UHGV virus genome: UHGV-0350099
DNA length: 61,496 nt
Strand: one strand, 5' to 3'
DNA from: a virus
Shown in pieces: positions 1 through 8,606 of the stretch (positions are counted from its first letter, which is position 1; every line of letters starts with the position of its first letter). Below the pieces are notes generated by a model. The model saw only the letters and a list, made by a program, of their open reading frames with translations. It searched no databases and had not been told where the DNA came from. The translations under genes were made by a program, and so were the position numbers.

Positions 1-3000
1 GCGTCGTCTGCCAGTGCCGCGTCAACAAGTGCCGGGCAGGCCTCAGCCAGTGCCACCGCCGCCGGAAAATCGGCAGAAAGCGCCGCATCATCCGCTTCAA
101 CAGCCACAACGAAGGCTGGCGAAGCCACTGAACAGGCCAGCGCAGCAGCGAGGTCTGCTTCCGCAGCGAAGACATCCGAAACGAACGCGAAAGCGTCGGA
201 AACCCGTGCAGAATCCTCAAAAACGGCAGCCGCATCGTCCGCCAGTTCGGCAGCGTCATCGGCATCATCGGCGTCTGCTTCAAAAGATGAGGCGACCAGA
301 CAGGCGTCAGCAGCGAAGAGCAGCGCCACGACGGCATCCACGAAGGCGACAGAGGCAGCTGGCAGTGCGACGGCGGCAGCTCAGAGCAAAAGTACGGCGG
401 AATCCGCGGCAACGCGCGCCGAGACAGCAGCTAAACGGGCAGAGGATATTGCATCCGCCGTGGCGCTTGAGGATGCAAGTACGACGAAAAAGGGGATAGT
501 ACAGCTCAGCAGTGCGACCAACAGCACATCTGAAACGCTTGCCGCGACACCGAAGGCAGTTAAAGCAGCGAATGACAATGCGAATGGCAGGGTACCATCT
601 AACCGAAAAGTTAACGGGAAAGCACTGACTGCGGATATAACATTAACACCGAAAGATATTGGCACTTTAAATTCAGTAACGATCTCTTTCTCTGGCGGGG
701 CAGGGTGGTTCAAACTGGCAACGGTTACCATGCCACAAGCGAGTTCCATCGTTTACATCGCATTGATTGGTGGCGCTGGTTACAACGTCGGCTCCCCACA
801 TCAGGCAGGCATTTCAGAACTGGTTCTACGAGCAGGCAATGGAAACCCCAAAGGGATTACAGGTGCTTTGTGGAAGCGTACAGCTGTCGGATTAACGAAT
901 TTCGCCTGGATCAACACATCCGGCGATACATATGATATTTACGTTGAGATTGGCAATTATGCGACTAGTGTAAATATCCATTGGGATTGTACTGCAAATG
1001 CGACAGTTTCTATTTATACATCGCCAACATATTCAGCGAGTAAGCCTTCCAGCGTTACCGATGGTGTTGTTTATACGATGTATAGCACACATCAGAAACC
1101 GACGCCGTTAGATATTGGAGCACTGCCAACAACCGGAGGAACAGTTTCAGGTCCGTTGTCTGTTACAGGTGGATTAACTGGTTCATTGAATGGTAATGCA
1201 AGTACAGCCACGAAATTGCAGACGGCAAGATCTATCGGTGGAGTTGTTTTCGACGGTTCTGCAAATATTAACCTTCCAGGTGTAAACACTACGGGTAATC
1301 AGAACACCACTGGTAATGCTGCAACTGCTACAAAACTACAGACAGCGCGTACAATCAACGGTGTTAAGTTTGATGGTTCTGCGGACATAACGCTGACTCC
1401 TGCGAACCTTGACGTATACAGCAAAAGCGAAATAGACAATAAAAAAGGGATGAGAAAATACACTTTTTCAGCGCCTGCAAATGCAGTAAGCGGTAAGTGG
1501 TATCCTATAGTCTTTCGCCGATCTGGAGGCAGTACCGATGAATTAGCCTCACGAGTTGTGATAACTACTTATTCCTCAGCTGGCGGATACGCCATGAATA
1601 ATTGTGAATTTAATGGGTTTGTTATGCCTGGCGGTTGGTCTGATCGCGGTTCATATGCGGCTGGTTTTTTCTCAATATATTCTACTGCTGAGCGAGCTAT
1701 ACACTCGATTATTTCAAGTGTGAAAGATGACGATTTGTGTAGTGTATTTTACGTTGAAGCCAGAGCATTCCCTATCAAGATATTTGCTGAGGAGGGCTTG
1801 AACGTAATTGTTCCAACGGCTGATTATGCAGTTGGTCAAACCACTTATAAGTGGGGGGCAACTGATCCTTTATCAGAAAGTACGAATGCACAGATAATTT
1901 TGGACTTTAAAAATGGACGAGGTTATTACTGTTCACATCCATTTATTTCAAGTCTTTCAGGAAATGCTGCTACAGCAACGAAATTGCAGACTGCAAGAAC
2001 TATCGGCGGCGTGGCCTTCGATGGATCTGCGAACATAAATTTGCCTGGTGTAAACACGGCAGGTAATCAGAATACAACGGGCAACGCGGCTACTGCTACG
2101 AAGTTGCAAACAGCGAGAAACATCAATGGTGTTAAGTTTGATGGCTCAGGCGATATCAACATTAATACACTGGTATCTCGTGGCCAAGTTACGGCGTTAA
2201 GTGGCTCTACTCAGGGTACTGCTGGTATTCAAATGTATGAAGCATATAGCAATAATTACCCAACATCATTCGGCAATGTTCTGCATATGAAAGGGGCGAG
2301 TGCTGCTGGTGAGGGCGAGTTGCTTATTGGCTGGAGTGGTACAAGCGGTGCTCATGCTCCGGTTTATGTTCGTTCACGCCGTGATACTTCGACAGCGAAC
2401 TGGTCTGGCTGGGCGCAGATCTACACAACTGCTCATAAACCCACAGCGAAAGATGTTGGGGCCGCGCAAGCGTTTAGCGCGTCTTACAGCACAGGGGCTG
2501 GCAATTGGACTACCGCTGAATTTATCGCATGGCTGAAGGAGCGTGGTGCTTTCGAAGTGCCGTACTGGATGATGAAGGGTTCCTGGTCATATGCCGACAA
2601 TAAAATTATCACTGATACAGGTGTCGGCAATATTTGTCTTGCTGGTGCGGTTATCGAGGTTTTAGGTCACGAAGGCGCAATGACCATCCGAGTTACTACG
2701 CCTACAACGACAACCGGTGGTGGGATTGCCAGTGCTCAGTTCACCTATATTAATCACGGTAGCGCGTATGCCCCTGCCTGGCGCAGAGATTACAACACTG
2801 CTCTCAAACCTACTGCGGCTGATGTCGGTGCGCTGCCGATTTCTGGCGGGACAATGAATGGTGTGCTGACGCTGCAAAATGTGAGTCAGCCTCTCAAGAC
2901 GCCGGGTGGCGGCATTCTGGCAAATGATGGAAATTTATACATCAATAAGTCAGGATTTGCAGGCTGGATTGATGCGCTGTTTTTGAAGAACAGCGGCGGT

Positions 3001-4026
3001 ACTCTGACTGGAAACCTGCGTTTGTCTGCTGACAATGCCTCCATTGTCTGCGGTAACAATGGGGATATTGGCTTCATCAAAAAACAGGGCTACCCAGGCG
3101 CAATCGTGACTGGTTCGGCAACTAAGTTCATGATTATGCGTAGTAATGCGGCCACGAATATTTCGGCTGCAAATACGCTCACGGAAGTAATGTCCATCCA
3201 GCCAACCTCAAATCGTGCCGACTTCGTAGGTGAGGTGGTTTCGCATTCGGCAAATGCGTTACGCGCGGTTTACGGGAACTACGGCTTCTTTATTCGCAAT
3301 GATGGCGGCACAACTTACTTCCTGCTGACTGCTTCTGGCGATAAATATGGCAGCTGGAACACGTTACGCCCATTGTCCATAAACAACGCAAGCGGTGCAG
3401 TTTCAATGGGGAATGGCTTGAGCGTTGGGGGAGGGGTGAATGTCACGAGCGGAAATATCCGAATCCCGACGTCGAGCACATCGTGGATCGACATGAGGAA
3501 CAATGCCGCTCTGTCTAACAGTTCTGCGGTTGCCACTTCCTCTGCATCGGCCATTATTCGTCAGGAGCACGCCGATCGTCATTATTTTGTTGGTGGTTTA
3601 GGTAACTCTCAGTTCGGATTCTACATGATTAACAAGTCACGAACTGCGAACGGCACGGATGCGAACGCATACCTCCAGAATGATGGCACTTGGGTTTGTG
3701 GCGGTAATGGCAACTTTAATGACGTTTATATCCGCTCTGACCGTCGTAGCAAACGCAATATTCGCAAGATTGAACGGGCGCTCGACAAGCTGGATCGGAT
3801 CGAAGGTGTTCTCTACGAGATTCAGGTCTGTGACCGGTATGAGCAGTCTGGCGGCCTCATCGCTCAGGACGTCCAGAATGTTCAGCCTGAACTGGTAACG
3901 GTTGACCATAACGATCAGTCAGGAGAGCCTCGTCTGCGTCTTAACTACAACGGCGTTATCGGCATGTTGGTCGAGGCTGTCAAAGAGCTGCGCGAGGAAG
4001 TGCGCGAACTGAAGGCAAAAATGTAA
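1..4026 (+). CDS. Tail fibre protein, 5'-partial (frame 1 is open from base 1); C-terminal S74-type intramolecular chaperone domain
   Basis: No stop in frame 1 from 1 to 4026; Ala/Ser-rich N-region with KTSETNAKASE-like motifs; repeated GNAATATKLQTAR blocks; C-terminal SDRRSKRNIRKIE...LVEAVKELREEV resembles autoproteolytic chaperone domain. Confidence 0.8.
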   Translation, partial: ASSASAASTSAGQASASATAAGKSAESAASSASTATTKAGEATEQASAAARSASAAKTSETNAKASETRAESSKTAAASSASSAASSASSASASKDEATRQASAAKSSATTASTKATEAAGSATAAAQSKSTAESAATRAETAAKRAEDIASAVALEDASTTKKGIVQLSSATNSTSETLAATPKAVKAANDNANGRVPSNRKVNGKALTADITLTPKDIGTLNSVTISFSGGAGWFKLATVTMPQASSIVYIALIGGAGYNVGSPHQAGISELVLRAGNGNPKGITGALWKRTAVGLTNFAWINTSGDTYDIYVEIGNYATSVNIHWDCTANATVSIYTSPTYSASKPSSVTDGVVYTMYSTHQKPTPLDIGALPTTGGTVSGPLSVTGGLTGSLNGNASTATKLQTARSIGGVVFDGSANINLPGVNTTGNQNTTGNAATATKLQTARTINGVKFDGSADITLTPANLDVYSKSEIDNKKGMRKYTFSAPANAVSGKWYPIVFRRSGGSTDELASRVVITTYSSAGGYAMNNCEFNGFVMPGGWSDRGSYAAGFFSIYSTAERAIHSIISSVKDDDLCSVFYVEARAFPIKIFAEEGLNVIVPTADYAVGQTTYKWGATDPLSESTNAQIILDFKNGRGYYCSHPFISSLSGNAATATKLQTARTIGGVAFDGSANINLPGVNTAGNQNTTGNAATATKLQTARNINGVKFDGSGDININTLVSRGQVTALSGSTQGTAGIQMYEAYSNNYPTSFGNVLHMKGASAAGEGELLIGWSGTSGAHAPVYVRSRRDTSTANWSGWAQIYTTAHKPTAKDVGAAQAFSASYSTGAGNWTTAEFIAWLKERGAFEVPYWMMKGSWSYADNKIITDTGVGNICLAGAVIEVLGHEGAMTIRVTTPTTTTGGGIASAQFTYINHGSAYAPAWRRDYNTALKPTAADVGALPISGGTMNGVLTLQNVSQPLKTPGGGILANDGNLYINKSGFAGWIDALFLKNSGGTLTGNLRLSADNASIVCGNNGDIGFIKKQGYPGAIVTGSATKFMIMRSNAATNISAANTLTEVMSIQPTSNRADFVGEVVSHSANALRAVYGNYGFFIRNDGGTTYFLLTASGDKYGSWNTLRPLSINNASGAVSMGNGLSVGGGVNVTSGNIRIPTSSTSWIDMRNNAALSNSSAVATSSASAIIRQEHADRHYFVGGLGNSQFGFYMINKSRTANGTDANAYLQNDGTWVCGGNGNFNDVYIRSDRRSKRNIRKIERALDKLDRIEGVLYEIQVCDRYEQSGGLIAQDVQNVQPELVTVDHNDQSGEPRLRLNYNGVIGMLVEAVKELREEVRELKAKM

Positions 4027-4092
4027 TCAAGGTGAATGGTGAGGGGCCACCCTCACCAATTCAGGATATTCACATCAAAAAGGAGATTAGAT

Positions 4093-4875
4093 GTGCCAAT
4101 TGTCGGTGTTCCCGGTTGGATTGGGTCTTCGGCTGTCAGTGTGACAGGCCAGAGATGGATGAGTGCGGCTCGAACGGCGGTGCAACTGCCAGCGGCTGGT
4201 TCAATGTCTCAAATGGCCGGGCGATCTAAAGAAGTTCAGTACAGCATCGGTGCGAATCATAACTACAACAAAGACACACTGATCAACTATTTAAAATCCC
4301 AGGGGGCGACGCCAGTCGTTGTTACCATTACAGGGGATCTGGTGTCGTCCAGTAGCGGCGTGCCATGTTTAGATTTCCCGAGTTCACTTACCAACTCTTA
4401 TATCAGCCTTGTAATCAACGCAGGTGTGACTGTCTATGGACGCGGTGGCAATGGTGGTAGTAACGCTGCCGGTGCTGCTGGTGGTAACGCAATTAATAAT
4501 GGCATCGGTACACGCTTGCGTATTACGAATAATGGTGCAATCGCTGGAGGTGGTGGCGGCGGTGGCGGCGGTAACAGGGGTCGACTAGTATTTGGTGGTG
4601 GCGGTGGGTGCCCATTCGGTGCTGGTGGGTCTTCCTCTCATATGAGTTCCGGTGCAACTGCTGGTACTATTTCCACTCCTGGTAAGGGATCTGTTGGTGA
4701 GGGGTCTCTTAGTGCATATACAGGCGGTTCGGGTGGTAATGTCGGTGCTGCTGGAGGAAGATGTAATACTCAAGGTAACGGTACAGAATATAACGGCGGA
4801 GCAGCTGGTAAAGCTGTTACTGGTAATGCTCCAACTTGGACTAAAGTTGGAGCAATTTACGGCGCTCATGTGTAA
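4093..4875 (+). CDS. Glycine-rich protein, possible tail fibre tip/receptor-binding or fibre-associated protein
   Basis: ORF frame 1; start moved to GTG 4093 after RBS AAGGAG (4079-4085) because ATG 4036 lies inside a hairpin; long poly-Gly tracts; position directly after tail fibre. Confidence 0.4.
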   Translation: MPIVGVPGWIGSSAVSVTGQRWMSAARTAVQLPAAGSMSQMAGRSKEVQYSIGANHNYNKDTLINYLKSQGATPVVVTITGDLVSSSSGVPCLDFPSSLTNSYISLVINAGVTVYGRGGNGGSNAAGAAGGNAINNGIGTRLRITNNGAIAGGGGGGGGGNRGRLVFGGGGGCPFGAGGSSSHMSSGATAGTISTPGKGSVGEGSLSAYTGGSGGNVGAAGGRCNTQGNGTEYNGGAAGKAVTGNAPTWTKVGAIYGAHV

Positions 4876-4949
4876 GTACTTACCTACCAAGTGTGGGCGT
4901 TTTATGATATAAATCCGCCATCCCGATTTGACTTTTCACGGAGGAAAAC

Positions 4950-5273
4950 ATGTCGAACGAGATGGCGGGCGTTACAACAGAGCAAGTTGAGCGTATTGCC
5001 GCGATCGTTGCTCGGGAGGTTGTTGGCAAATTAGGTAAAGAGCTACGTGAAGAAATTGGCCAGGAGGTCAATGATCAGCTGAAAACCTACTTTGGTGATA
5101 TGACCCCGGCGCAACATAGTATTCAACACTCCAATCTGGACAAACTCCTTAACCGGTTAGATTCCATCTCAAGTGGGTTCTTTGGCGGCATTGTTTCTAA
5201 AATAACGTCGTTCATTATTACCGCACTGCTTTTGGGGTTAGCCGCGTATGGCGTAAAAAGTGGACTGCAATAA
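4950..5273 (+). CDS. Small protein with C-terminal transmembrane helix; possible holin
   Basis: 107 aa, single hydrophobic C-terminal segment ITSFIITALLLGLAAYGV; sits immediately upstream of putative endolysin and spanins. Confidence 0.3.
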   Translation: MSNEMAGVTTEQVERIAAIVAREVVGKLGKELREEIGQEVNDQLKTYFGDMTPAQHSIQHSNLDKLLNRLDSISSGFFGGIVSKITSFIITALLLGLAAYGVKSGLQ

Positions 5274-5286
5274 CAGGAGATCAAGG

Positions 5287-5979
5287 ATGAAAACTCCGAG
5301 AGGCATTCGTAATAACAACCCTGGCAACCTCGACAAAGGTTCGCCGTGGCAGGGGCTAATCGACAACCCTGCCGAACCGCGCTTTTGCACGTTTAAAGAC
5401 CCTGTTTGGGGGATTCGTGCGCTGGCGGTGACTCTAATTACCTACCACGACAAACGTCGCGCAAAAGACGGCTCAAGTATCGATACCATTCGTGAAGTTA
5501 TTGAACGTTGGGCACCGCCGAATGAAAACAATACTGACGCCTACATTAATGAGGTGTCTAAAGCCGTTGGTGTAACCGCAGACATGATTATCGATCTGCA
5601 TGATTACGACATTCTTCGACCTTTGGTTGAGGCAATCATTCGCCATGAGAATGGGCGAGGTCCGCTAAAAACGCTGAACACCTGGTATGCGGCAGAAGTT
5701 ATTGAGGAAGGTCTGCGTCGAGCTGGCGTTGTTAAGCCGGCGAAAACCGTGAAGGCTGTTCCTGTAACTAAAGAAACCGCAGGCGCAACTGTTACAGCAG
5801 GTATTGGTCTGGCGCAGCTGGCCGATGTTATGCCGCAGGTTTCCGCTGCTATGGATAAAGCACAAGGTCATATCTCTAGCGGGGATACAGTACGCATCAT
5901 CTTCGGTATTGCCACTATTGTTGTGGCAGGATTCATTGCCTGGTCGCAGGTAAGAAAACACCAGAAAGGGATGGTCTAA
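5287..5979 (+). CDS. Putative endolysin / cell-wall hydrolase (by context), C-terminal hydrophobic segment
   Basis: RBS AGGAG then ATG 5287; lies between putative holin and Rz/Rz1-like pair; no catalytic motif recognised with certainty. Confidence 0.4.
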   Translation: MKTPRGIRNNNPGNLDKGSPWQGLIDNPAEPRFCTFKDPVWGIRALAVTLITYHDKRRAKDGSSIDTIREVIERWAPPNENNTDAYINEVSKAVGVTADMIIDLHDYDILRPLVEAIIRHENGRGPLKTLNTWYAAEVIEEGLRRAGVVKPAKTVKAVPVTKETAGATVTAGIGLAQLADVMPQVSAAMDKAQGHISSGDTVRIIFGIATIVVAGFIAWSQVRKHQKGMV

Positions 5980-5980
5980 T

Positions 5981-6232
5981 ATGCTAGGCAGCCTGATGAC
6001 AAAGCTAAAAGTTGCTTTGATTACGCTGGCTGCCGTTCTTTTCGTTCTTGTCGGCGCTTACACGATGGGCGGGAATGCGGCGCGACGAGCAATGGAAGAG
6101 AAGGCAAAACAGGAAGACAGAAAACGACTTCAAAACACAGTGAAAGTGGTGAATGAGACGAACAGTGAAATACGTCAGAAAGATGCTTCTGCCATTCATC
6201 GTGAGCTGCATGATAAGTGGATGCGTCATTAA
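5981..6232 (+). CDS. i-spanin-like (Rz-like) protein
   Basis: N-terminal TM helix LITLAAVLFVLVGAY followed by charged coiled-coil-like region; next gene overlaps in another frame. Confidence 0.5.
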   Translation: MLGSLMTKLKVALITLAAVLFVLVGAYTMGGNAARRAMEEKAKQEDRKRLQNTVKVVNETNSEIRQKDASAIHRELHDKWMRH

Positions 6233-6368
6233 GCCACAAACCGCTAGCGTGTTGTTCTGCGATGGCGCTGAACCTATTTATATCAGCAATGACGATGTAA
6301 TGACCGAAGAAACCGAACGCCAAATCCTTTTTCACAATACGATGGGAGAGAGAGTTTGCGGTTGGTGA
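6153..6368 (+). CDS. o-spanin-like (Rz1-like) lipoprotein, overlapping the i-spanin gene
   Basis: Signal peptide with lipobox MISGC; starts inside 5981-6232 in a different frame, classic overlapped spanin architecture. Confidence 0.55.
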   Translation: MRRTVKYVRKMLLPFIVSCMISGCVIKPQTASVLFCDGAEPIYISNDDVMTEETERQILFHNTMGERVCGW

Positions 6369-6400
6369 TGTCGAAGTTCCCCTCAAATGAGGGGGACACA

Positions 6401-6922
6401 TTATTCTTCGAACAATTTTTCGATAGATTTTGTTGGATAGAACAAAGAACGATCGTTGTTACCAACCAGCTGGATAAAGCCCAAACTTTTATAAAACGCC
6501 CTGGCTTTATCGTTCAACGCCTCAACGAAAAGCCCATGAATGCCTACCGCAAGAGATGCATTGTACACAACACGCATTGCGTGAGTTACAAGCATTGAGC
6601 CAAGCCCCTGACCTTGAAGAGATTTGTCCAAAGCCAGTCTGCCTAAAGTGATACTTGGGACATTCCGATAAGGCACTTTCTTTTGCTGACTCTTTGAAGG
6701 TAAGGTTTCTTTCTCAAAGCAGCTGCCTGACAAAGTGTAATAACCTAATACCTTTGGTATTTCTTCTTTAGTGCAAAGCACATAAGCGCGAAGAATTTTT
6801 CCTTCATGCTGTCTTTTTAAGTGGTTGGTCAAAAATGCGTTTAGTGACTCTTCGCCGCAATCAAAACCGTTTAGATCATAATCGTTCTCTCCAGAGAAAA
6901 TCTCGATCGTCGTATTGCTCAC
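6401..6922 (-). CDS. GNAT-family acetyltransferase toxin (TacT-like)
   Basis: 173 aa; acetyl-CoA motif LGRLALDKSLQGQGLGSML; immediately downstream of a DUF1778-type small protein on same strand. Confidence 0.7.
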   Translation of the reverse strand: MSNTTIEIFSGENDYDLNGFDCGEESLNAFLTNHLKRQHEGKILRAYVLCTKEEIPKVLGYYTLSGSCFEKETLPSKSQQKKVPYRNVPSITLGRLALDKSLQGQGLGSMLVTHAMRVVYNASLAVGIHGLFVEALNDKARAFYKSLGFIQLVGNNDRSLFYPTKSIEKLFEE

Positions 6923-6929
6923 GAGTAAA

Positions 6930-7199
6930 TTACTCCATGCTTTTCAGACGATTGGCAGCTCGTTTCAGCTTGTCGTTCGGTGCCGGAGGATTGCTTATAG
7001 CATCCATAACCAGATTCCAGGACTCTTCACTTAGAACCAGTCTACGGTGTTGCTCTATCACCTTCACGGCACGTTCGGATGCACTGCTAACCATGAACTG
7101 GGTAATGCTCTGGTTAGACATTGCGGCAGCTTCCTCGATGATGCTTTTATCGTCATCGGTTAATCTCAAATCGATGCGCTGCTTTTTCAGTGCGGACAT
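6930..7199 (-). CDS. RHH/DUF1778-type antitoxin (TacA-like)
   Basis: 89 aa; RIDLRLTDDDKSIIEEAAAMSNQSITQFM pattern typical of DUF1778 antitoxins; 7-nt gap to GNAT gene. Confidence 0.7.
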   Translation of the reverse strand: MSALKKQRIDLRLTDDDKSIIEEAAAMSNQSITQFMVSSASERAVKVIEQHRRLVLSEESWNLVMDAISNPPAPNDKLKRAANRLKSME

Positions 7200-7209
7200 G
7201 TGTACCCCC

Positions 7210-7290
7210 TGATGGCCGGTGATGTAGGAAGGCCATCATTGCTCTCTATTTAAACTGAGTTTTCGACTCAAAGGTTATTTAACTGGGCTA
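7210..7290. promoter_or_regulatory. Inverted repeats upstream of the antitoxin gene (candidate autoregulatory operator)
   Basis: GATGGCC-N13-GGCCATC at 7210-7236 and perfect palindrome TGGGCTATAGCCCA near 7275-7290. Confidence 0.3.
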
Positions 7291-7467
7291 TAGCCCATTG
7301 CGTATGTGTCATCAAATTGTGTACGGCAATTTACCGTACTCGTAATATAGAGATGATTGTCACTTTTTTCAACAGACAAATGAAAACAGTTACTAGCAAT
7401 AGGCAATAACAACCTACTAAATAACCTTTACACCGCAGCCGTAGGCATTTAGGCTATATCACATATA

Positions 7468-7484
7468 AGAAAACAAGTTGTTTC
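7468..7484. promoter_or_regulatory. AAACAAGTTGTTT palindrome upstream of parA
   Basis: AGAAAACAAGTTGTTTC about 35 nt before parA start. Confidence 0.5.
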
Positions 7485-7518
7485 AGACGATAATTATATA
7501 CGCAAAGGGAACTCTCCA

Positions 7519-8187
7519 ATGACCAAGATCTTTGTGGTTGGCGGCACAAAGGGCGGGCCTGGCAAATCCACTGTTGCCCAGCAAATTGCCGTTTGCCTGA
7601 AAGTCAAAAAGAAGAAGAAGGTTTATATCACTGATATAGATATTCAGCGCACGACAACGAGCTGGTGTGAAGACCGTCGACAGAACGAAGACCTTGAGCT
7701 GATTCCTTTTGCATACGTTCAGGATGACATCATTAAGCACCTAAAATCGCTTCAGGGTAGAGCTGAGTATGTAGTGGTAGATGCTGGTGGCTTCGACTCC
7801 GAAATTCAGCGACAAGCGATGCTGATGGCTGACGTTATCATTATCCCGCTGCGTCCTAAGCGTCGTGATTTGAAATCTTTACGTGACATCGATCCTATTA
7901 TCGACAATGTTCGCAATGTAAACGATAAAGTGAAGGTCCGCGCGGTCATGAACCAGTGCCCGGCTTTGCCATCACAAGTGTCTCGCATTCTGGCGGCTAA
8001 AGAGATTGTTGAGACGTTTGGCATCGAGTCTGCGCCAGTCAATCTATATAACCGCAACGTCTATGATGATGCGGAAGAGTCTGGTCGTTCTATCTTTGAA
8101 ATGACCGGTAGCGAGCGCGACAAAAAGGCGGAAGCCGAGTTTGAAGAATTTGTAGATTATCTGTTGAGTCTGGAGGAAGAAGAATAA
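7519..8187 (+). CDS. parA: ParA/Soj-family partition ATPase (small, type Ib-like)
   Basis: Deviant Walker A GGTKGGPGKST at N-terminus; 222 aa without N-terminal HTH. Confidence 0.8.
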   Translation: MTKIFVVGGTKGGPGKSTVAQQIAVCLKVKKKKKVYITDIDIQRTTTSWCEDRRQNEDLELIPFAYVQDDIIKHLKSLQGRAEYVVVDAGGFDSEIQRQAMLMADVIIIPLRPKRRDLKSLRDIDPIIDNVRNVNDKVKVRAVMNQCPALPSQVSRILAAKEIVETFGIESAPVNLYNRNVYDDAEESGRSIFEMTGSERDKKAEAEFEEFVDYLLSLEEEE

Positions 8188-8546
8188 TGTCCATGAAAAT
8201 GGGTGACCTAGCAAAGCGCAAAGAGCCTGATGCACCGGCTAAGAACACAACTCCTTTGCGCCAACCAGTCAGACCACAGGGACGCCCGACTCGTGGCAAA
8301 GAGAAAATTAAAAGCCGCACGATGTCACTGGAAGACGAATACTTCGAACTGCTGGAGATGATGAAGTTCATCCCTCGCTTCGAGAAGTTCACCCGTTCTG
8401 ACGTGATTCGCGCAGCCATTTTCCATCTGGCAGAGAAGTCACCGCAGGAAATCGAGGACATCGTGAAACTTAACGAGGCGATCACTGCTGCCGATGTCAC
8501 GATGCGTACCGATGAAATTAAACGCGAGTTAATGAAGAAAGGTTGA
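8187..8546 (+). CDS. Small partition/centromere-binding protein partner (ParG/RHH-like)
   Basis: 119 aa; start overlaps parA stop (TAATG); basic N-terminus, C-terminal region compatible with ribbon-helix-helix. Confidence 0.45.
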   Translation: MSMKMGDLAKRKEPDAPAKNTTPLRQPVRPQGRPTRGKEKIKSRTMSLEDEYFELLEMMKFIPRFEKFTRSDVIRAAIFHLAEKSPQEIEDIVKLNEAITAADVTMRTDEIKRELMKKG

Positions 8547-8558
8547 TATAAATCTCTA

Positions 8559-8594
8559 AGGCTGGTCTGCATTGGACAGCCTTAGAAATATTTC
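8559..8594. terminator. Hairpin between convergent genes (bidirectional terminator candidate)
   Basis: TAAGGCTG-N12-CAGCCTTA inverted repeat between parB-like (+) and 8607-9680 (-). Confidence 0.35.
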
Positions 8595-8606
8595 GTTCTA
8601 TGAAAG

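Noticed and set aside
14-499. 161-aa Arg/Pro/Gln-rich ORF in frame 2 at the window start
   Set aside because: Frame 1 is open from base 1 through 4026 and encodes a typical Ala/Ser-rich tail-fibre N-region; the frame-2 ORF is a low-complexity alternate-frame artefact of the same DNA.
4036-4092. ATG 4036 as start of the Gly-rich protein gene
   Set aside because: The ATG sits inside a GC-rich hairpin directly after the tail-fibre stop; an in-frame GTG at 4093 follows a strong AAGGAG RBS.
8090-8572. 160-aa minus-strand ORF overlapping parA/parB-like genes
   Set aside because: Completely overlaps two coupled plus-strand genes with clear motifs; no RBS or start context.
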